A stretch of 64,000 nucleotides of DNA from an uncultured delta proteobacterium (GCA_963841435.1 CAWJCS010000006.1:96001-160000); one strand, 5' to 3'. Shown: positions 50,389-60,424, counted from the stretch's first letter. Numbers and translations are program-made. The notes: generated by a model from the sequence alone, not told the origin.

Positions 50389-50967
50389 CTGAACCGCGCT
50401 CGCTGGGTTTTTGCCGTCGCTCTCGCCACCGTGGCAAGCGTTGGTCTTTGGGTCGTTCTCGCGACGGGTGACGATCGCGTTTCGCCGCACGAGCCGGCGA
50501 CGCGTGATGAGCCGCCCGTGCCGCTGCCAGAGCCCGCCGCGGCTCCGCCCCTCGCGAACGCTGCATGGCCCGCGCGCCCCGCGGCCCCGCCCCAAGCGTC
50601 GTCCGAGGCTCCGAACAGCTTCGTCGTGGTCGGTCCCAGGCCGGACGATCCGCACGAGCCCGGCATGGTGCCCCACCCGCTCGACGAAGCCCACGCGCGC
50701 ATCGACGCCGAGAACCGACTGATTCAGGCGTTGAACGACGCGATGTCGTTCCGCAAGGTCGAGGACATGCGCGAGATGCTCGACGAGTACCGGAAGCTCG
50801 AGCCGAGCGACCTCGACAAGAACCAGCTCGGCTACGAGGTGATCGCCGACTGCATCGAGTTTCCGGGCGAAGCGTCACTCGCCGCCGCGCACGACTTCTA
50901 CGACACCGAACGCCACTCGCCGCTACGGCGCTTCGTCCGCCGGATCTGCCTCGAGAACACCAACTGA
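50389..50967 (+). CDS. Hypothetical membrane-anchored protein
   Basis: N-terminal TM, Pro-rich linker, helical C-domain ending RRFVRRIC; start uncertain (50389 or 50431). Confidence 0.6.
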   Translation: MNRARWVFAVALATVASVGLWVVLATGDDRVSPHEPATRDEPPVPLPEPAAAPPLANAAWPARPAAPPQASSEAPNSFVVVGPRPDDPHEPGMVPHPLDEAHARIDAENRLIQALNDAMSFRKVEDMREMLDEYRKLEPSDLDKNQLGYEVIADCIEFPGEASLAAAHDFYDTERHSPLRRFVRRICLENTN

Positions 50968-51038
50968 GCTCGGCGCTTCCCCCCCCCGAGCAACTCGACG
51001 GCCTGCCACGCGCCAGGTGACCGACTTTGCGTCGCTCT

Positions 51039-51887
51039 TTAGGCTCGCCGACGACGGATGAACGTGGCTCCCAAGAGCAGCGAGGCGGTCCAAAGCGCCA
51101 CGCCGTCCGCGGGGGCGGGGCTACCGATCGAGCAGCTCACCGTCTTGGATTTGCCGTCCCCGTTCGTATCGATGTGCGTGTCGATATCGACGCTCACGTC
51201 GAGGCTGATCGAAAGCTGAGCGGACAGATCGGCCGCGCAATCGTTCAGGTTCGTGGCATTCAAGAACTGTCCGTCGCAGAAGATGGCGCCGCCCTTGTCC
51301 GTACAGTCGGTGTGGCACTTTTCGTGAATCGTCGTCTGGCAGCTCTCCCACTGTGTGGTCTGACAGTCGACCTGGCAGGTCGTGTCCGACGTCGAAGTAC
51401 ACGTGCCATCGCAGGCGGTGACGCACTTGGGCTCGCACTCCACCTGTTGGTCGTCCTCGCTGCAGCGCTCCTCGCACTTGCGGTTGCAGGTATGAGGACA
51501 CGCGCGACGGCAGCACTCCGGGTTTCGTGCGTCCATGCACTTCACGTCGCAGTCCGCAAGGCAGCCGTCGCGACAGATCTCGGCCGAGCTTTCGGCGGAC
51601 GTCGCGCTGCAGTTTTCCACGCAAACGGGCGAGCAGCTTTCGGTGCATTCCGTGCTTGCCGTGGCGGTGCACTCCGTTTCGCAGGCCGTGTAGAGCGTGG
51701 CCGCGCAGGATTCGTCAACTGACACCACATCGCAGTGCTCCTCGCAATCCTGCGCCTTCCGAAACTCGCACGCTGCATCTCCCGACAGGAACACGCCGCC
51801 GCAGCTTTCCAGTGCCGCGTGCGCGGTGGATGGGGCCGCAAGCAGCACGAGGAAGGGGAGCGCGAGAAATGCTTTGGATCGCAGCAT
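51039..51887 (-). CDS. Cys-rich exported protein with MYXO-CTERM-like sorting tail
   Basis: Signal peptide ending AHA; dense CxxxC repeats; tail SCSI...hydrophobic helix...RRRRA. Confidence 0.8.
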   Translation of the reverse strand: MLRSKAFLALPFLVLLAAPSTAHAALESCGGVFLSGDAACEFRKAQDCEEHCDVVSVDESCAATLYTACETECTATASTECTESCSPVCVENCSATSAESSAEICRDGCLADCDVKCMDARNPECCRRACPHTCNRKCEERCSEDDQQVECEPKCVTACDGTCTSTSDTTCQVDCQTTQWESCQTTIHEKCHTDCTDKGGAIFCDGQFLNATNLNDCAADLSAQLSISLDVSVDIDTHIDTNGDGKSKTVSCSIGSPAPADGVALWTASLLLGATFIRRRRA

Positions 51888-51946
51888 GAGGAGTTCCTTT
51901 GCGAGACGTTTCGACGCGCGATGTGGCGGGCCGCCTGCAGCGTCCA

Positions 51947-51962
51947 AGCAACATGCGGACCA
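51947..51962 (-). promoter_or_regulatory. Putative sigma54 promoter
   Basis: TGGTCCGCATGTTGCT (GG-N10-GC with TTGCT) 60 bp upstream of the ATG at 51887. Confidence 0.5.
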
Positions 51963-52353
51963 GAACGCACGTACGGCTTCCACCCCGAGAGCCGCCGCGA
52001 CTTGCCGCGCCAGCCAGCCTCACCGTTCAAAGCGAACGAGTGGCTCCATCACTTTGACGGGTTCCGGCCGTTCGATCCCCGCGGACGTCGTACGCCCGCC
52101 GGGCTGCGGGCGCCCGAGCCCTTGCCGATCGTCCGGCCGCGCGCGCCTCCATGTCCGCGCGTCGATCCGAGCGGCCGCGGCACGGAAGTTGCTTCGTTGG
52201 GGGTGATGGACAAGTCACGTCGGGCGCGTCGTGCCGCCGAGCACGCAAGCTCGATGACTTGAATCGAGAGCGGCTCTGTCGCTCGCGCACGAGGTCGCGA
52301 GATGAAACATGGCCGTCGCTCATGATGCGGGCGCGCTCGCAGAGAGAGACACG

Positions 52354-53370
52354 ATGACCACGTTTGGATCCGATGCACTTATACCCGGAGCGGCTTTGCT
52401 GCTCTTCGGGGCGATCGTCGGCGGGTGCGGAGAGTCGGGGGACGAGTCGAGTCGAACCCGGGTCCGGGGGAACGGGCGCCAGCTTGGGTGGAAGCTCGGG
52501 AGTCGGTGGCTCCGTGGGGGGCGCGTCTGGAAGGGGTGGCTCGAGCGCGGGCACGAGCACGAGCACGGGTGGATCGGGCGGCAAGGCGGGAAGCGCTACA
52601 GGCGGCACATCGAGCGGCGGCGACGTGGGCGCTGGCGGTGACGCGGGTGCTGGCGGTGACGCGGATGCCGGTGGCGACGCGGGTGCGGGCGGCGACCCGG
52701 CGCCTCGAACGATGGCCGTGGACCTCGGGTCCGCCGAAGAGTTTGCGATCATGGCGAAGAGCGGGATCTCCACGGTGCCGACGTCCGCGGTCACGGGAAA
52801 CATCGCCGTCAGCCCGGCCGCGGCGAGCTACATCACGGGATTTTCACTCATCGCCGACGCAACGAACGCCTTTTCGAGATCATCGCAGGTCACGGGAAGA
52901 GTGTACGCGGCCGACTACGCGGCGCCCACGCCATCCGACCTGACGGTAGCCGTCGGTGACATGGAGCTTGCGTTCACGGACGCTGCTGGACGCGCTCCCG
53001 ACGTGACGGAGCTCGGTGCCGGAGACATCGGCGGCAAGACCGTCACCCCGGGTGTCTACAAGTGGGGCACGGGGCTGCTCATCCCAGCGGACCTGACATT
53101 GTCCGGTGACGCGCGCGCCGTATGGATTTTCAGGTGGCCCAAGACCTGACCGTGAGTAGCGCCGTCAAGGTGGTCCTCGAAGGAGGCGCGCTCCCAGAGA
53201 ACGTCTTCTGGCAAGTGAGCGGCCACGTCGAGCTCGGTACCACCGTGCATTTCGAGGGCATCGTGCTTTCCCAAACTTCGATCACGCTCGCCACCGGAGC
53301 ATCGATCAATGGTCGGCTTTTCGCCCAGACCGCGGTCAGCCTGGACGAGGGCACCTTGACCGAGCCCTGA
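52354..53370 (+). pseudogene. DUF3494 ice-binding-family lipoprotein; frameshifts near 52455 and 53128
   Basis: Lipobox VGGC; VDLGSAEEFAIMAKSGIS, TPGVYKW, WIF/QVAQDL, NVFWQV, NGRLFAQTAV spread over three frames. Confidence 0.85.
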
Positions 53371-53452
53371 CTGAGCGTGGCGAGCTCGACCAGGATGCGA
53401 AAAGAATGACGCTCGCGAATCGCTCTGCGCACTCGCTGCCTCGGGCGCGCGG

Positions 53453-54646
53453 GTGAGCGATGCGACCGTCCTCGACGCGCCCGAGGTGTTTGGCGGGCGG
53501 ATCAGCCGCGTCGCCGGGCTCTTGCCCGAGTTTTCGTGGCGGACGAGCGAGCTACCCGACGGCCTGCGGGTCGAGCTCGGGGGAGAAATCACGATCGAGG
53601 AGGCGCCCGCACTGTGGCAGCGCGTGACCGGCTTGCTGGAGAGTCTCGGTACCCGGCAGCGCGTACAGATCGACAACGCCGCCGTCGAGGTGATCGACGG
53701 CGCGTGCATGGCGTTGCTCGTGCACCTGAGAAGCGAGCTCAAGGCGCGGCGCGTGCATTGCGAGTTCACGGGCGGCTCGCCTGCGGTGCGTCAGATCGTG
53801 GACCTTTACGGCGGGCGCCGCCGGCCGAAGGTGCGGCGCCGCCGACGCACGCAAAACGCCGTCGAGCAAGTCGGCCAGGGGACGGTCGACCTGTTTCGCG
53901 CCGGCTTGTCGGTGCTCGACTTCTTCGGCGAGCTCCTGGCTTCCGCCTGGCACTCGCTACGCCATCCGCGAAGCATCAACTTTCGCGACATCGCGCTCAC
54001 GATGGAGCGTGCGGGTGCCGACGCCGCGCCGATCGTCCTTTTGATCAACTTTCTGATTGGCTTCGTCATGGCCTATCAGAGCGCGCTCCAACTCGAGCGG
54101 TTCGGCGCCAGCATCTTCGTGGCCGATCTCGTCGGCCTGTCGATGACGCGCGAGCTCGGCCCTTTGATGACCGCGATCATCGTCTGTGGACGCACGGGCG
54201 CCGCTTTCGCCGCGGAGCTCGGGACGATGAAGGTCTCCGAAGAGGTCGACGCGCTCCGCACCCTGGGCTTCATGCCCTTGCGCTATCTGGTCATGCCACG
54301 AGTGCTCGGGCTGCTCCTGGTGGCCCCGCTCCTGACGTTGCTGGCCGACGCCGTCGGCATCCTCGGCGGCCTGATGGTGGGCTCGTTGACGCTCGACATC
54401 ACGCCTGCGGCGTACTGGGTCGAGACCGTCGGTGTCGTCAAGCCATGGGACGTCTTCTCCGGGTTGCTGAAGAGCGTCGTGTTCGCGGGCACCATCGCGC
54501 TGATCGGCTGCCAGCAAGGCTTGGCCACTTCGGGAGGAGCCGCCGGCGTCGGCCGCAGCACGACGTCCGCCGTGGTCTCGACCCTATTCACGTTGATTCT
54601 CCTCGACGCAGTCTTCACGGTCCTGTTCGGAGCGCTCGGCTTATGA
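53453..54646 (+). CDS. mlaE: MlaE-family ABC permease with N-terminal STAS domain
   Basis: RELGPLMTAIIVCGRTGAAFAAELGTMKVSEEVDAL. Confidence 0.92.
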   Translation: MSDATVLDAPEVFGGRISRVAGLLPEFSWRTSELPDGLRVELGGEITIEEAPALWQRVTGLLESLGTRQRVQIDNAAVEVIDGACMALLVHLRSELKARRVHCEFTGGSPAVRQIVDLYGGRRRPKVRRRRRTQNAVEQVGQGTVDLFRAGLSVLDFFGELLASAWHSLRHPRSINFRDIALTMERAGADAAPIVLLINFLIGFVMAYQSALQLERFGASIFVADLVGLSMTRELGPLMTAIIVCGRTGAAFAAELGTMKVSEEVDALRTLGFMPLRYLVMPRVLGLLLVAPLLTLLADAVGILGGLMVGSLTLDITPAAYWVETVGVVKPWDVFSGLLKSVVFAGTIALIGCQQGLATSGGAAGVGRSTTSAVVSTLFTLILLDAVFTVLFGALGL

Positions 54647-55383
54647 GCGAACCACTGATCACCGTGCGTGACCTGAGAGTGGGTTGGGGTGACCAGTTGC
54701 TCTTGAGCTCCGCCAGTTTCGAGGTGGCACGCGGGGACGTCTTCGTGATCCTGGGAGCCAGCGGCTGCGGCAAGTCGACGCTGCTTCGCTACTTGATTGG
54801 GCTCGAGACGCCGGCGTCAGGCTCCATTTCGATCGCCGGCATCGGCGCGCCTCGGCTCGAGGGTGCCGCGCCAGACTACGGTGTCATGTTCCAGTCGGGC
54901 GCACTGTTCAGCTCGATGACGGTCGGGGAGAACGTCGGCTTCGCGCTTCAGGAATGGACCGAGCTGCCGAGCGAGGCCATCGACGCGATCGTGAAGGCAA
55001 AGCTTGCCCTCGTGGGGCTCGAGGGCGCCGAGAACAAACTCCCCGCCGACCTCTCGGGAGGCATGAAAAAGCGCGCCGCCATCGCGCGGGCGATGGCGTT
55101 CGAGCCACACCTGATCTTCATGGACGAACCTTCGGCCGGGCTCGATCCGGTCACCGCCGCGGAGCTCGACGACTTGATCACGAGCCTCAATCGCGGACTC
55201 GGCCTCACCGTCGTGATGGTCACCCACGAGCTCGAGAGCATCTTCAACGTAGGAAAGACCTGTATCATGCTGGACAGAGAGTCGAAGTCCATCATCGCGT
55301 CCGGCGATCCGCGGGTGCTCAAAGCCGAGAGCGAAGACCCGAAGGTCCGCCAGTTCTTCCACCGGGAAGCGAGGGTGCGCTGA
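54643..55383 (+). CDS. mlaF: MlaF-family ABC ATPase
   Basis: GASGCGKST, FQSGALF, LSGGMKKR, MDEPSAGLDP. Confidence 0.93.
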   Translation: MSEPLITVRDLRVGWGDQLLLSSASFEVARGDVFVILGASGCGKSTLLRYLIGLETPASGSISIAGIGAPRLEGAAPDYGVMFQSGALFSSMTVGENVGFALQEWTELPSEAIDAIVKAKLALVGLEGAENKLPADLSGGMKKRAAIARAMAFEPHLIFMDEPSAGLDPVTAAELDDLITSLNRGLGLTVVMVTHELESIFNVGKTCIMLDRESKSIIASGDPRVLKAESEDPKVRQFFHREARVR

Positions 55384-56345
55384 TGACGATGGGCACCAAC
55401 CGCTACAAGCTCGGACTCTTCGTGATCGTGGGAGTCGGCCTCGCGCTCACGGCCGTGGTCGTGCTCGGAGCGAGCAGCTGGAACGACGAGACCGTCAGCT
55501 ACATGAGCTTCTTCGACGAATCGGTGCAGGGCCTCGACGTTGGATCGCCGGTGAAGTTCCGTGGCGTGACGATCGGGCGTGTTGCCGGCATCGACGTGGC
55601 GCCGGATCGTCGGCACGTTCAGGTGGAGAACGAGCTTTCCGTCGATCAGCTCGCGCGTTTGGGTCTGCGCTCGAAAGCTCGCGGCGATGCCGGGCTCGCC
55701 CTGGATCCCCACCTCCGAGTTCAGCTCGCGCAGACCGGGCTCACGGGGGTGAAGTTCATTCTGCTCGATTTCTTCGACGGCTCCGCGTACCCGCCGCCCG
55801 TGCTGCCGTTCAAGGCGCCTCCGAACACGATCCCGTCCACCCCTTCCACGATGAAGAATCTGGAGGACTCGGTCGTGCGTGCCGCCGACCGATTTCCAGA
55901 CATCGCGGACGCACTACTCGGGACCGTGACGAAGATGAATACCCTGATGGATGGCGTGGAAAAGCAGCGCCTTCCGCTGCGAGCCGGGGACACGCTCGAC
56001 GAAGCCAGTACCGCGATGCGCGAGCTCAGAACGGAGCTGAATGCGCTGAATGCCGCAGGGCTGTCGGCGGACGCCCGGCATGGCCTGGCGGAGCTCAATC
56101 AAACGCTGATGGGTGCGAACCGTGTGCTCGAGCGCATGGAAAGCGACCAGGGGCTGATGAAGAGCGCGGAGCGCGCGACCAACTCGATCAACGAGGTGGC
56201 GCGGGGAGCTCAGTCGGTCGGTCCGGAGCTGGAGCTCACGATGCGAGAGGTTCGGGGTGCGGCACGGTCGATTCGACACTTCGTCGACGCACTCGAGCGT
56301 GACCCCGACATGCTTCTCAAGGGAAGAGCGACGGCGGAAAAATGA
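55383..56345 (+). CDS. mlaD: MCE/MlaD-family protein
   Basis: ESVQGLDVGSPVKFRGVTIGRV, helical tail, LERDPDMLLKG. Confidence 0.9.
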   Translation: MTMGTNRYKLGLFVIVGVGLALTAVVVLGASSWNDETVSYMSFFDESVQGLDVGSPVKFRGVTIGRVAGIDVAPDRRHVQVENELSVDQLARLGLRSKARGDAGLALDPHLRVQLAQTGLTGVKFILLDFFDGSAYPPPVLPFKAPPNTIPSTPSTMKNLEDSVVRAADRFPDIADALLGTVTKMNTLMDGVEKQRLPLRAGDTLDEASTAMRELRTELNALNAAGLSADARHGLAELNQTLMGANRVLERMESDQGLMKSAERATNSINEVARGAQSVGPELELTMREVRGAARSIRHFVDALERDPDMLLKGRATAEK

Positions 56346-57016
56346 GCACCTGTGCTCGCGCGTTCGGGTTCCTCGCCCTTCATCTCCTCGCGGTCGTCTA
56401 CGGAGGCTGCGCGCTCACGTCCAAGGCGGACGCGCGGTCGCCCCCGCGATTTTTCAGCGCCGAGCTCCCCACGCGCGCCCCGCTGCTTGCCGAATCGGGA
56501 GCTTTCCCACTGGAGCTTCGCATGGGTCAAGTCGATGCCGCGTCGCATCTGGAGGAGCGTATCTCGTACCGGCTAAATGGGGCCGAGCTCGGCTACTACG
56601 ACGATCGCCGCTGGACCGAGGCGCCCGAGCAGTATCTCCGCCGCGGGCTCGAGCGAGAGCTGTTCGAGCGCCGCCACGTTCGGCGCATCGTATCGGGTGC
56701 GAGCTCGACGCTCGATGTCGAGCTCACGGCGTTCGAGGAGCTGCGCGGGCCGCCCGCACGGGTGCGGCTGGCACTGAGCTACACGTTGCACGACTCTCGC
56801 CAGTCGTCGCTGGAGCGGAGTCTCGTGGTCGAGCGACCCCTCGCTGCCTCCGACCCGTCCGACCGCGCAGAAGAGGTCGCGGCGGCACTGGCCATCGCGC
56901 TCCGGATTGCGGTCTCCGAAATCAGCGACCAGGTCACCGCGAACCTTCGTACGTTGGCGCCGCTCACGGAACCTTCGGCCCCTGCCACGGCCACTTCGGA
57001 GCGCTCTCCCCCGTAG
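56342..57016 (+). CDS. PqiC-like ABC auxiliary lipoprotein
   Basis: Lipobox YGGC; YYDDRRWTEAP; last gene of the Mla operon. Confidence 0.8.
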   Translation: MSTCARAFGFLALHLLAVVYGGCALTSKADARSPPRFFSAELPTRAPLLAESGAFPLELRMGQVDAASHLEERISYRLNGAELGYYDDRRWTEAPEQYLRRGLERELFERRHVRRIVSGASSTLDVELTAFEELRGPPARVRLALSYTLHDSRQSSLERSLVVERPLAASDPSDRAEEVAAALAIALRIAVSEISDQVTANLRTLAPLTEPSAPATATSERSPP

Positions 57017-57971
57017 CCCAGCGGTAGCGAAAACCGGCGACGCCGTAGGCACCGAGCGCGATGCCCAGCCGATCGGGGCTCCACAGCGCGACGCTCAACG
57101 TGCCGAGCATTTCGAGGTGGTCCGTCAGCTGCAGCGCTCCGGCCGGGCCCATGCGAAACACGCCGTGCGGGCGCCCGGTCGAGGTGACGAATTCACCGAG
57201 CACGCCAATCCTGAGCGCTTCCTCGCGCAACAACCGGAGGACGGCCGCGCCGCGGAACACTTGAAAGAAAGAGGGCGCGACGATCACTCGGTACGATTCG
57301 TCGTAAAAAAAGCGGTTCGCCGGCACGTCGAGCGTGCCGACCGCGACGTAATCGAAAAGGATTGCCGAATGCGGCAGCGGTGCGATGGCGACGGCCTCGG
57401 CTTCCCATGCCCAGTAGCGGGCGTTGGGTCCGGGCTGACTCACGTCGCCGAAGACGAACGTCGCCCGTGGCTCGAGGAACGTCTTCGTATACGAATAGGT
57501 GTCGCGCACCCCGAACGCGAAGTCCAAGATCGGGGACGATGCCCGGGCGCCTCCGTAGACCTGGGCGAACTCGACCGTTGCGATGGCGTTCAGATCGAGG
57601 CCCACCCAAATCCAATGCGGAAGGCCGTACCCGACGGAAAAATAGGGCTTCGCGTAGATACCGCCCACGTCAGTCTTGGTGGACACGAACCAGCGCGGCA
57701 CCCCCGTGCTCCAATAGCCGTTCGCTGGGCGCAGTCTCGGCCGCACCGTCTCGGGCAGGACGACCTCCGCTCCCGGCCGGACCGCCGCAGGGGCCGGCTC
57801 GTCGGGCCCCAGCGCCCAGGCCCGGGTCGGCCCTCCTGCTACGCCAACAGCGGCCACCGCGGCCAAGATGGTGCGCGCGCTGCCGTGACGCCGACGAGAG
57901 GGTTCGCCAGGGACGCGCCCGGGTCCTGCGCAAGGGCTCGCGGGCGTTGTGGGTAGAAAGGGGTCTTTCAC
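56964..57971 (-). CDS. Hypothetical exported protein, probable beta-barrel
   Basis: Signal peptide ending AWA; aromatic-rich alternating strands; start uncertain. Confidence 0.65.
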   Translation of the reverse strand: MKDPFLPTTPASPCAGPGRVPGEPSRRRHGSARTILAAVAAVGVAGGPTRAWALGPDEPAPAAVRPGAEVVLPETVRPRLRPANGYWSTGVPRWFVSTKTDVGGIYAKPYFSVGYGLPHWIWVGLDLNAIATVEFAQVYGGARASSPILDFAFGVRDTYSYTKTFLEPRATFVFGDVSQPGPNARYWAWEAEAVAIAPLPHSAILFDYVAVGTLDVPANRFFYDESYRVIVAPSFFQVFRGAAVLRLLREEALRIGVLGEFVTSTGRPHGVFRMGPAGALQLTDHLEMLGTLSVALWSPDRLGIALGAYGVAGFRYRWATGESAPKWPWQGPKVP

Positions 57972-58095
57972 GGCAAATTCGTCGGCAAGTGCTCGGGCCC
58001 CGCGTGGCCCACGCGGTGCAAGCTTCGAGCCACGGGTTGCGGTCGAGCCCGTCATCTGGGCCGTGGCGGTTCTCGCGCAGAGCCCCATCGAATTG

Positions 58096-58758
58096 ATGGA
58101 GTCCGAGCGTCAGGTTGATTGGGCGCCGACGCCCGCCGCTGCATCGATCCGCCGAACCGGGCGGAAACTCGGGCGGCATGGAAGCTGCTGCGGCACGGCG
58201 AGCGTGGGCAGTCCGCGGCGACATTTACAACCCTCCACCTTCGTGGCGTGGACGGTCACCGCGATCGTCTGCTTGGTCCTGGGAAGCGTGCCGTCCGCCG
58301 CCGGAGCCCCGGCTGCGCGTGAGGCGGTCCTCTTCTCAATCGCGAAGAGCGAGAACGAGAACCAGGTTCAGTACTCTGTCCGCGTGGATGACCGCTGCGC
58401 GCCGGTGGGGGCAAAGCCGGTCTTCGCCTACTGGCGTCTGCGCGAGGAGGGGCCGAATCGACGCGCGCCGCTCTTGTCGCGCGAGCAGCGCGCGTACGGG
58501 ATCGCGAGCCAGTGGATCGAAGCGGGCAATTGGCGTCTCCTCTTGCGCGCACTCTCGAGGCGGCCGATTGACGTACAGGCGCTGCGCGGCGCCGACGGCT
58601 CGTGCCAGGCGGTCGCAAGGATGACCATCAATGGCTCGCCCGCCTACCTGTTCAACGTGTACCTGAAGTTGAAATGGCCCTTTGGCGTCGACTACATGCT
58701 TCTGCGCGGTTGGTCCCTCGATCGCACCCACACCGTGACGGAAAGGCTCACGCCGTAG
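58096..58758 (+). CDS. DUF4833-like exported protein
   Basis: LFSIAKSENENQVQY, PVFAYW, EQRAYGI, VDYMLLRG; start uncertain. Confidence 0.7.
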   Translation: MESERQVDWAPTPAAASIRRTGRKLGRHGSCCGTASVGSPRRHLQPSTFVAWTVTAIVCLVLGSVPSAAGAPAAREAVLFSIAKSENENQVQYSVRVDDRCAPVGAKPVFAYWRLREEGPNRRAPLLSREQRAYGIASQWIEAGNWRLLLRALSRRPIDVQALRGADGSCQAVARMTINGSPAYLFNVYLKLKWPFGVDYMLLRGWSLDRTHTVTERLTP

Positions 58759-59035
58759 CCGCTCGCGGCTATGGCGCCGGAGCTCCACGCCGGGTCCGCG
58801 AGCTGAATATCCGAGGCTGAAGCAATTTTCGTGCTCGAGCGGACGCGTCGCCCCGGAGCTCCGCCCGCTCGACGAGGCCCGCCCGCAGCGAAGTCGAGGA
58901 GCGTCCCCCCACTGTCTGGGCCACGGGGACGCGCATTCGTGGCCGCTCCCAGGGCGCCCGAACGACCTATTTAGACACGGTCGCATGGCCCTTCAGGCAC
59001 GAAAGCAAGGCGCGCGCGGGCCATGGGCCGATTTT

Positions 59036-59698
59036 CTATGGGCTCGGCAGGGCCTGCTCGCAAATGTACGGCAACTGGAGCGAGCAGGCGCGATCGTTCC
59101 AGTTATCCCCCGTGAAGGTGAGCGCCAGACAGCGCTCCGGGTCCGTGGTCACGGTGCTCGAATCGTTCGGCTCTCCCGGCAGCCACCTCACGTAGGTGTT
59201 GCCCTCGGCGGAGCCGTCTGGACCGCCCCGCCAGAAGACCGTGCCGTCCGGCCAACGCCAGACATGCTGGTCGTCACGAGTGCCGCCGAGCCACAGGTTG
59301 CCGTTGACGAGGCTGCTGGCGCTCTGGGCGATGTACGCATTTTCCTCCGCCGAGCCCACAGCGGCGAGTGTCGCGCTCCGGCGAGCGCAGTCGGTCGCCG
59401 CCGCCTCGAAATCGAGCGGCTCTGGGCAGATCACGTACTCGGGCGGGGCTATCTCGACGAACGAGGAGCAGGTCGCGAGCGGCTCGCCGCCGGTGCCGCC
59501 CGAGCCGGCGCCCCCGGTGCTAGCGCCGCCGCCCGAGCCGGCGCCGCCTCCGCCGTAGCCCCCGACGGCGAGGACGCTCGGCTCGAGGTCGGTCGTGCAG
59601 GAGGCGAGTGCGACGAGCAGGCTCGCGTAGCGAATCGCGAGCGCACCGCTCACGGCGAGGGAGGTCGCGCGGTGCCCATCCGGCGGGCTCACGTTCAT
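59036..59698 (-). CDS. C-type lectin domain lipoprotein
   Basis: Lipobox LASC; WLGG, W.PGEPND, C...WNDRAC...YICE. Confidence 0.9.
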   Translation of the reverse strand: MNVSPPDGHRATSLAVSGALAIRYASLLVALASCTTDLEPSVLAVGGYGGGGAGSGGGASTGGAGSGGTGGEPLATCSSFVEIAPPEYVICPEPLDFEAAATDCARRSATLAAVGSAEENAYIAQSASSLVNGNLWLGGTRDDQHVWRWPDGTVFWRGGPDGSAEGNTYVRWLPGEPNDSSTVTTDPERCLALTFTGDNWNDRACSLQLPYICEQALPSP

Positions 59699-59785
59699 CA
59701 GACGCCCGTGCCTTGCGAATGGTGCCATGAATCGCGCTCGAAGAGGCTCGCCCTCGGACGGGAGCCGGCTTCGGAGTCTGCTATC

Positions 59786-60424
59786 GTGACGGCGGTGGCT
59801 CGCGCTCGTCAACCCGCCGGCCCAGCGCCGACGCCCGTCGAGGCCGACGGGGCGCGGCTGGTGCTCATTCCCACGAGCGCCGCGCGCGGGGACGAGCTCT
59901 ACGAGCGTGTCGCGCCCGTCGTGAGCAAAATGGTGTGGCTCTATCTCGCGACCGATCCGGAGCGAGACGACATCATACAGGACATTCTGATCTCCGTTCT
60001 TCGGCATGCGGACTCGGTCAGAGACCCCGAAAACCTCGAAGCATGGGTCTCGCGCGTTGCGTTCAACAAGATCTGCAGCCTGTTTCGCGCGAGGAAGCTG
60101 CGCCGCTGGCTCTCGCTCGAGGTGCTCTCCGGCTACGAGCCCCCGGAGCCCCACGCCGATTTCGAAGGACGCGAGCTCGTCGCGCGGGCACAGCGGATCC
60201 TGGAGCACCTCCCGGTTGCCGAGCGCATGCCCTTCACCTTGCAGCTCTTCGGCAACGCCGGCCTCCGGGAGATCGCAGCGCAGTGCGGGTGGTCGGAGCG
60301 GACGACTCGGCGTCGGCTCAAAGCGGCTCGCGTTCGGTTCATGCGCCTCGTGGAACGAGATCCCGTCCTGTCGGCTCGCCTCGGCAAGCGCGCCGGTCTC
60401 GGCGAGGAGAGCTCCGATGGATGA
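59786..60424 (+). CDS. ECF RNA polymerase sigma factor
   Basis: Region 2 (DDIIQD, AWVSRVAFN) and region 4 (EIAAQCGWSERTTRRRL). Confidence 0.88.
   Translation: MTAVARARQPAGPAPTPVEADGARLVLIPTSAARGDELYERVAPVVSKMVWLYLATDPERDDIIQDILISVLRHADSVRDPENLEAWVSRVAFNKICSLFRARKLRRWLSLEVLSGYEPPEPHADFEGRELVARAQRILEHLPVAERMPFTLQLFGNAGLREIAAQCGWSERTTRRRLKAARVRFMRLVERDPVLSARLGKRAGLGEESSDG

Noticed and set aside
15050-53135. Programmed frameshifting or phase variation as the cause of the split genes
   Set aside because: Breaks are at 2-4 nt runs without slippery heptamers or long SSRs and affect unrelated genes
58890-58935. GCGTCCCC...GGGGACGC stem between convergent genes as an ncRNA
   Set aside because: Single GC stem with no recognisable family features; could be chance or a terminator
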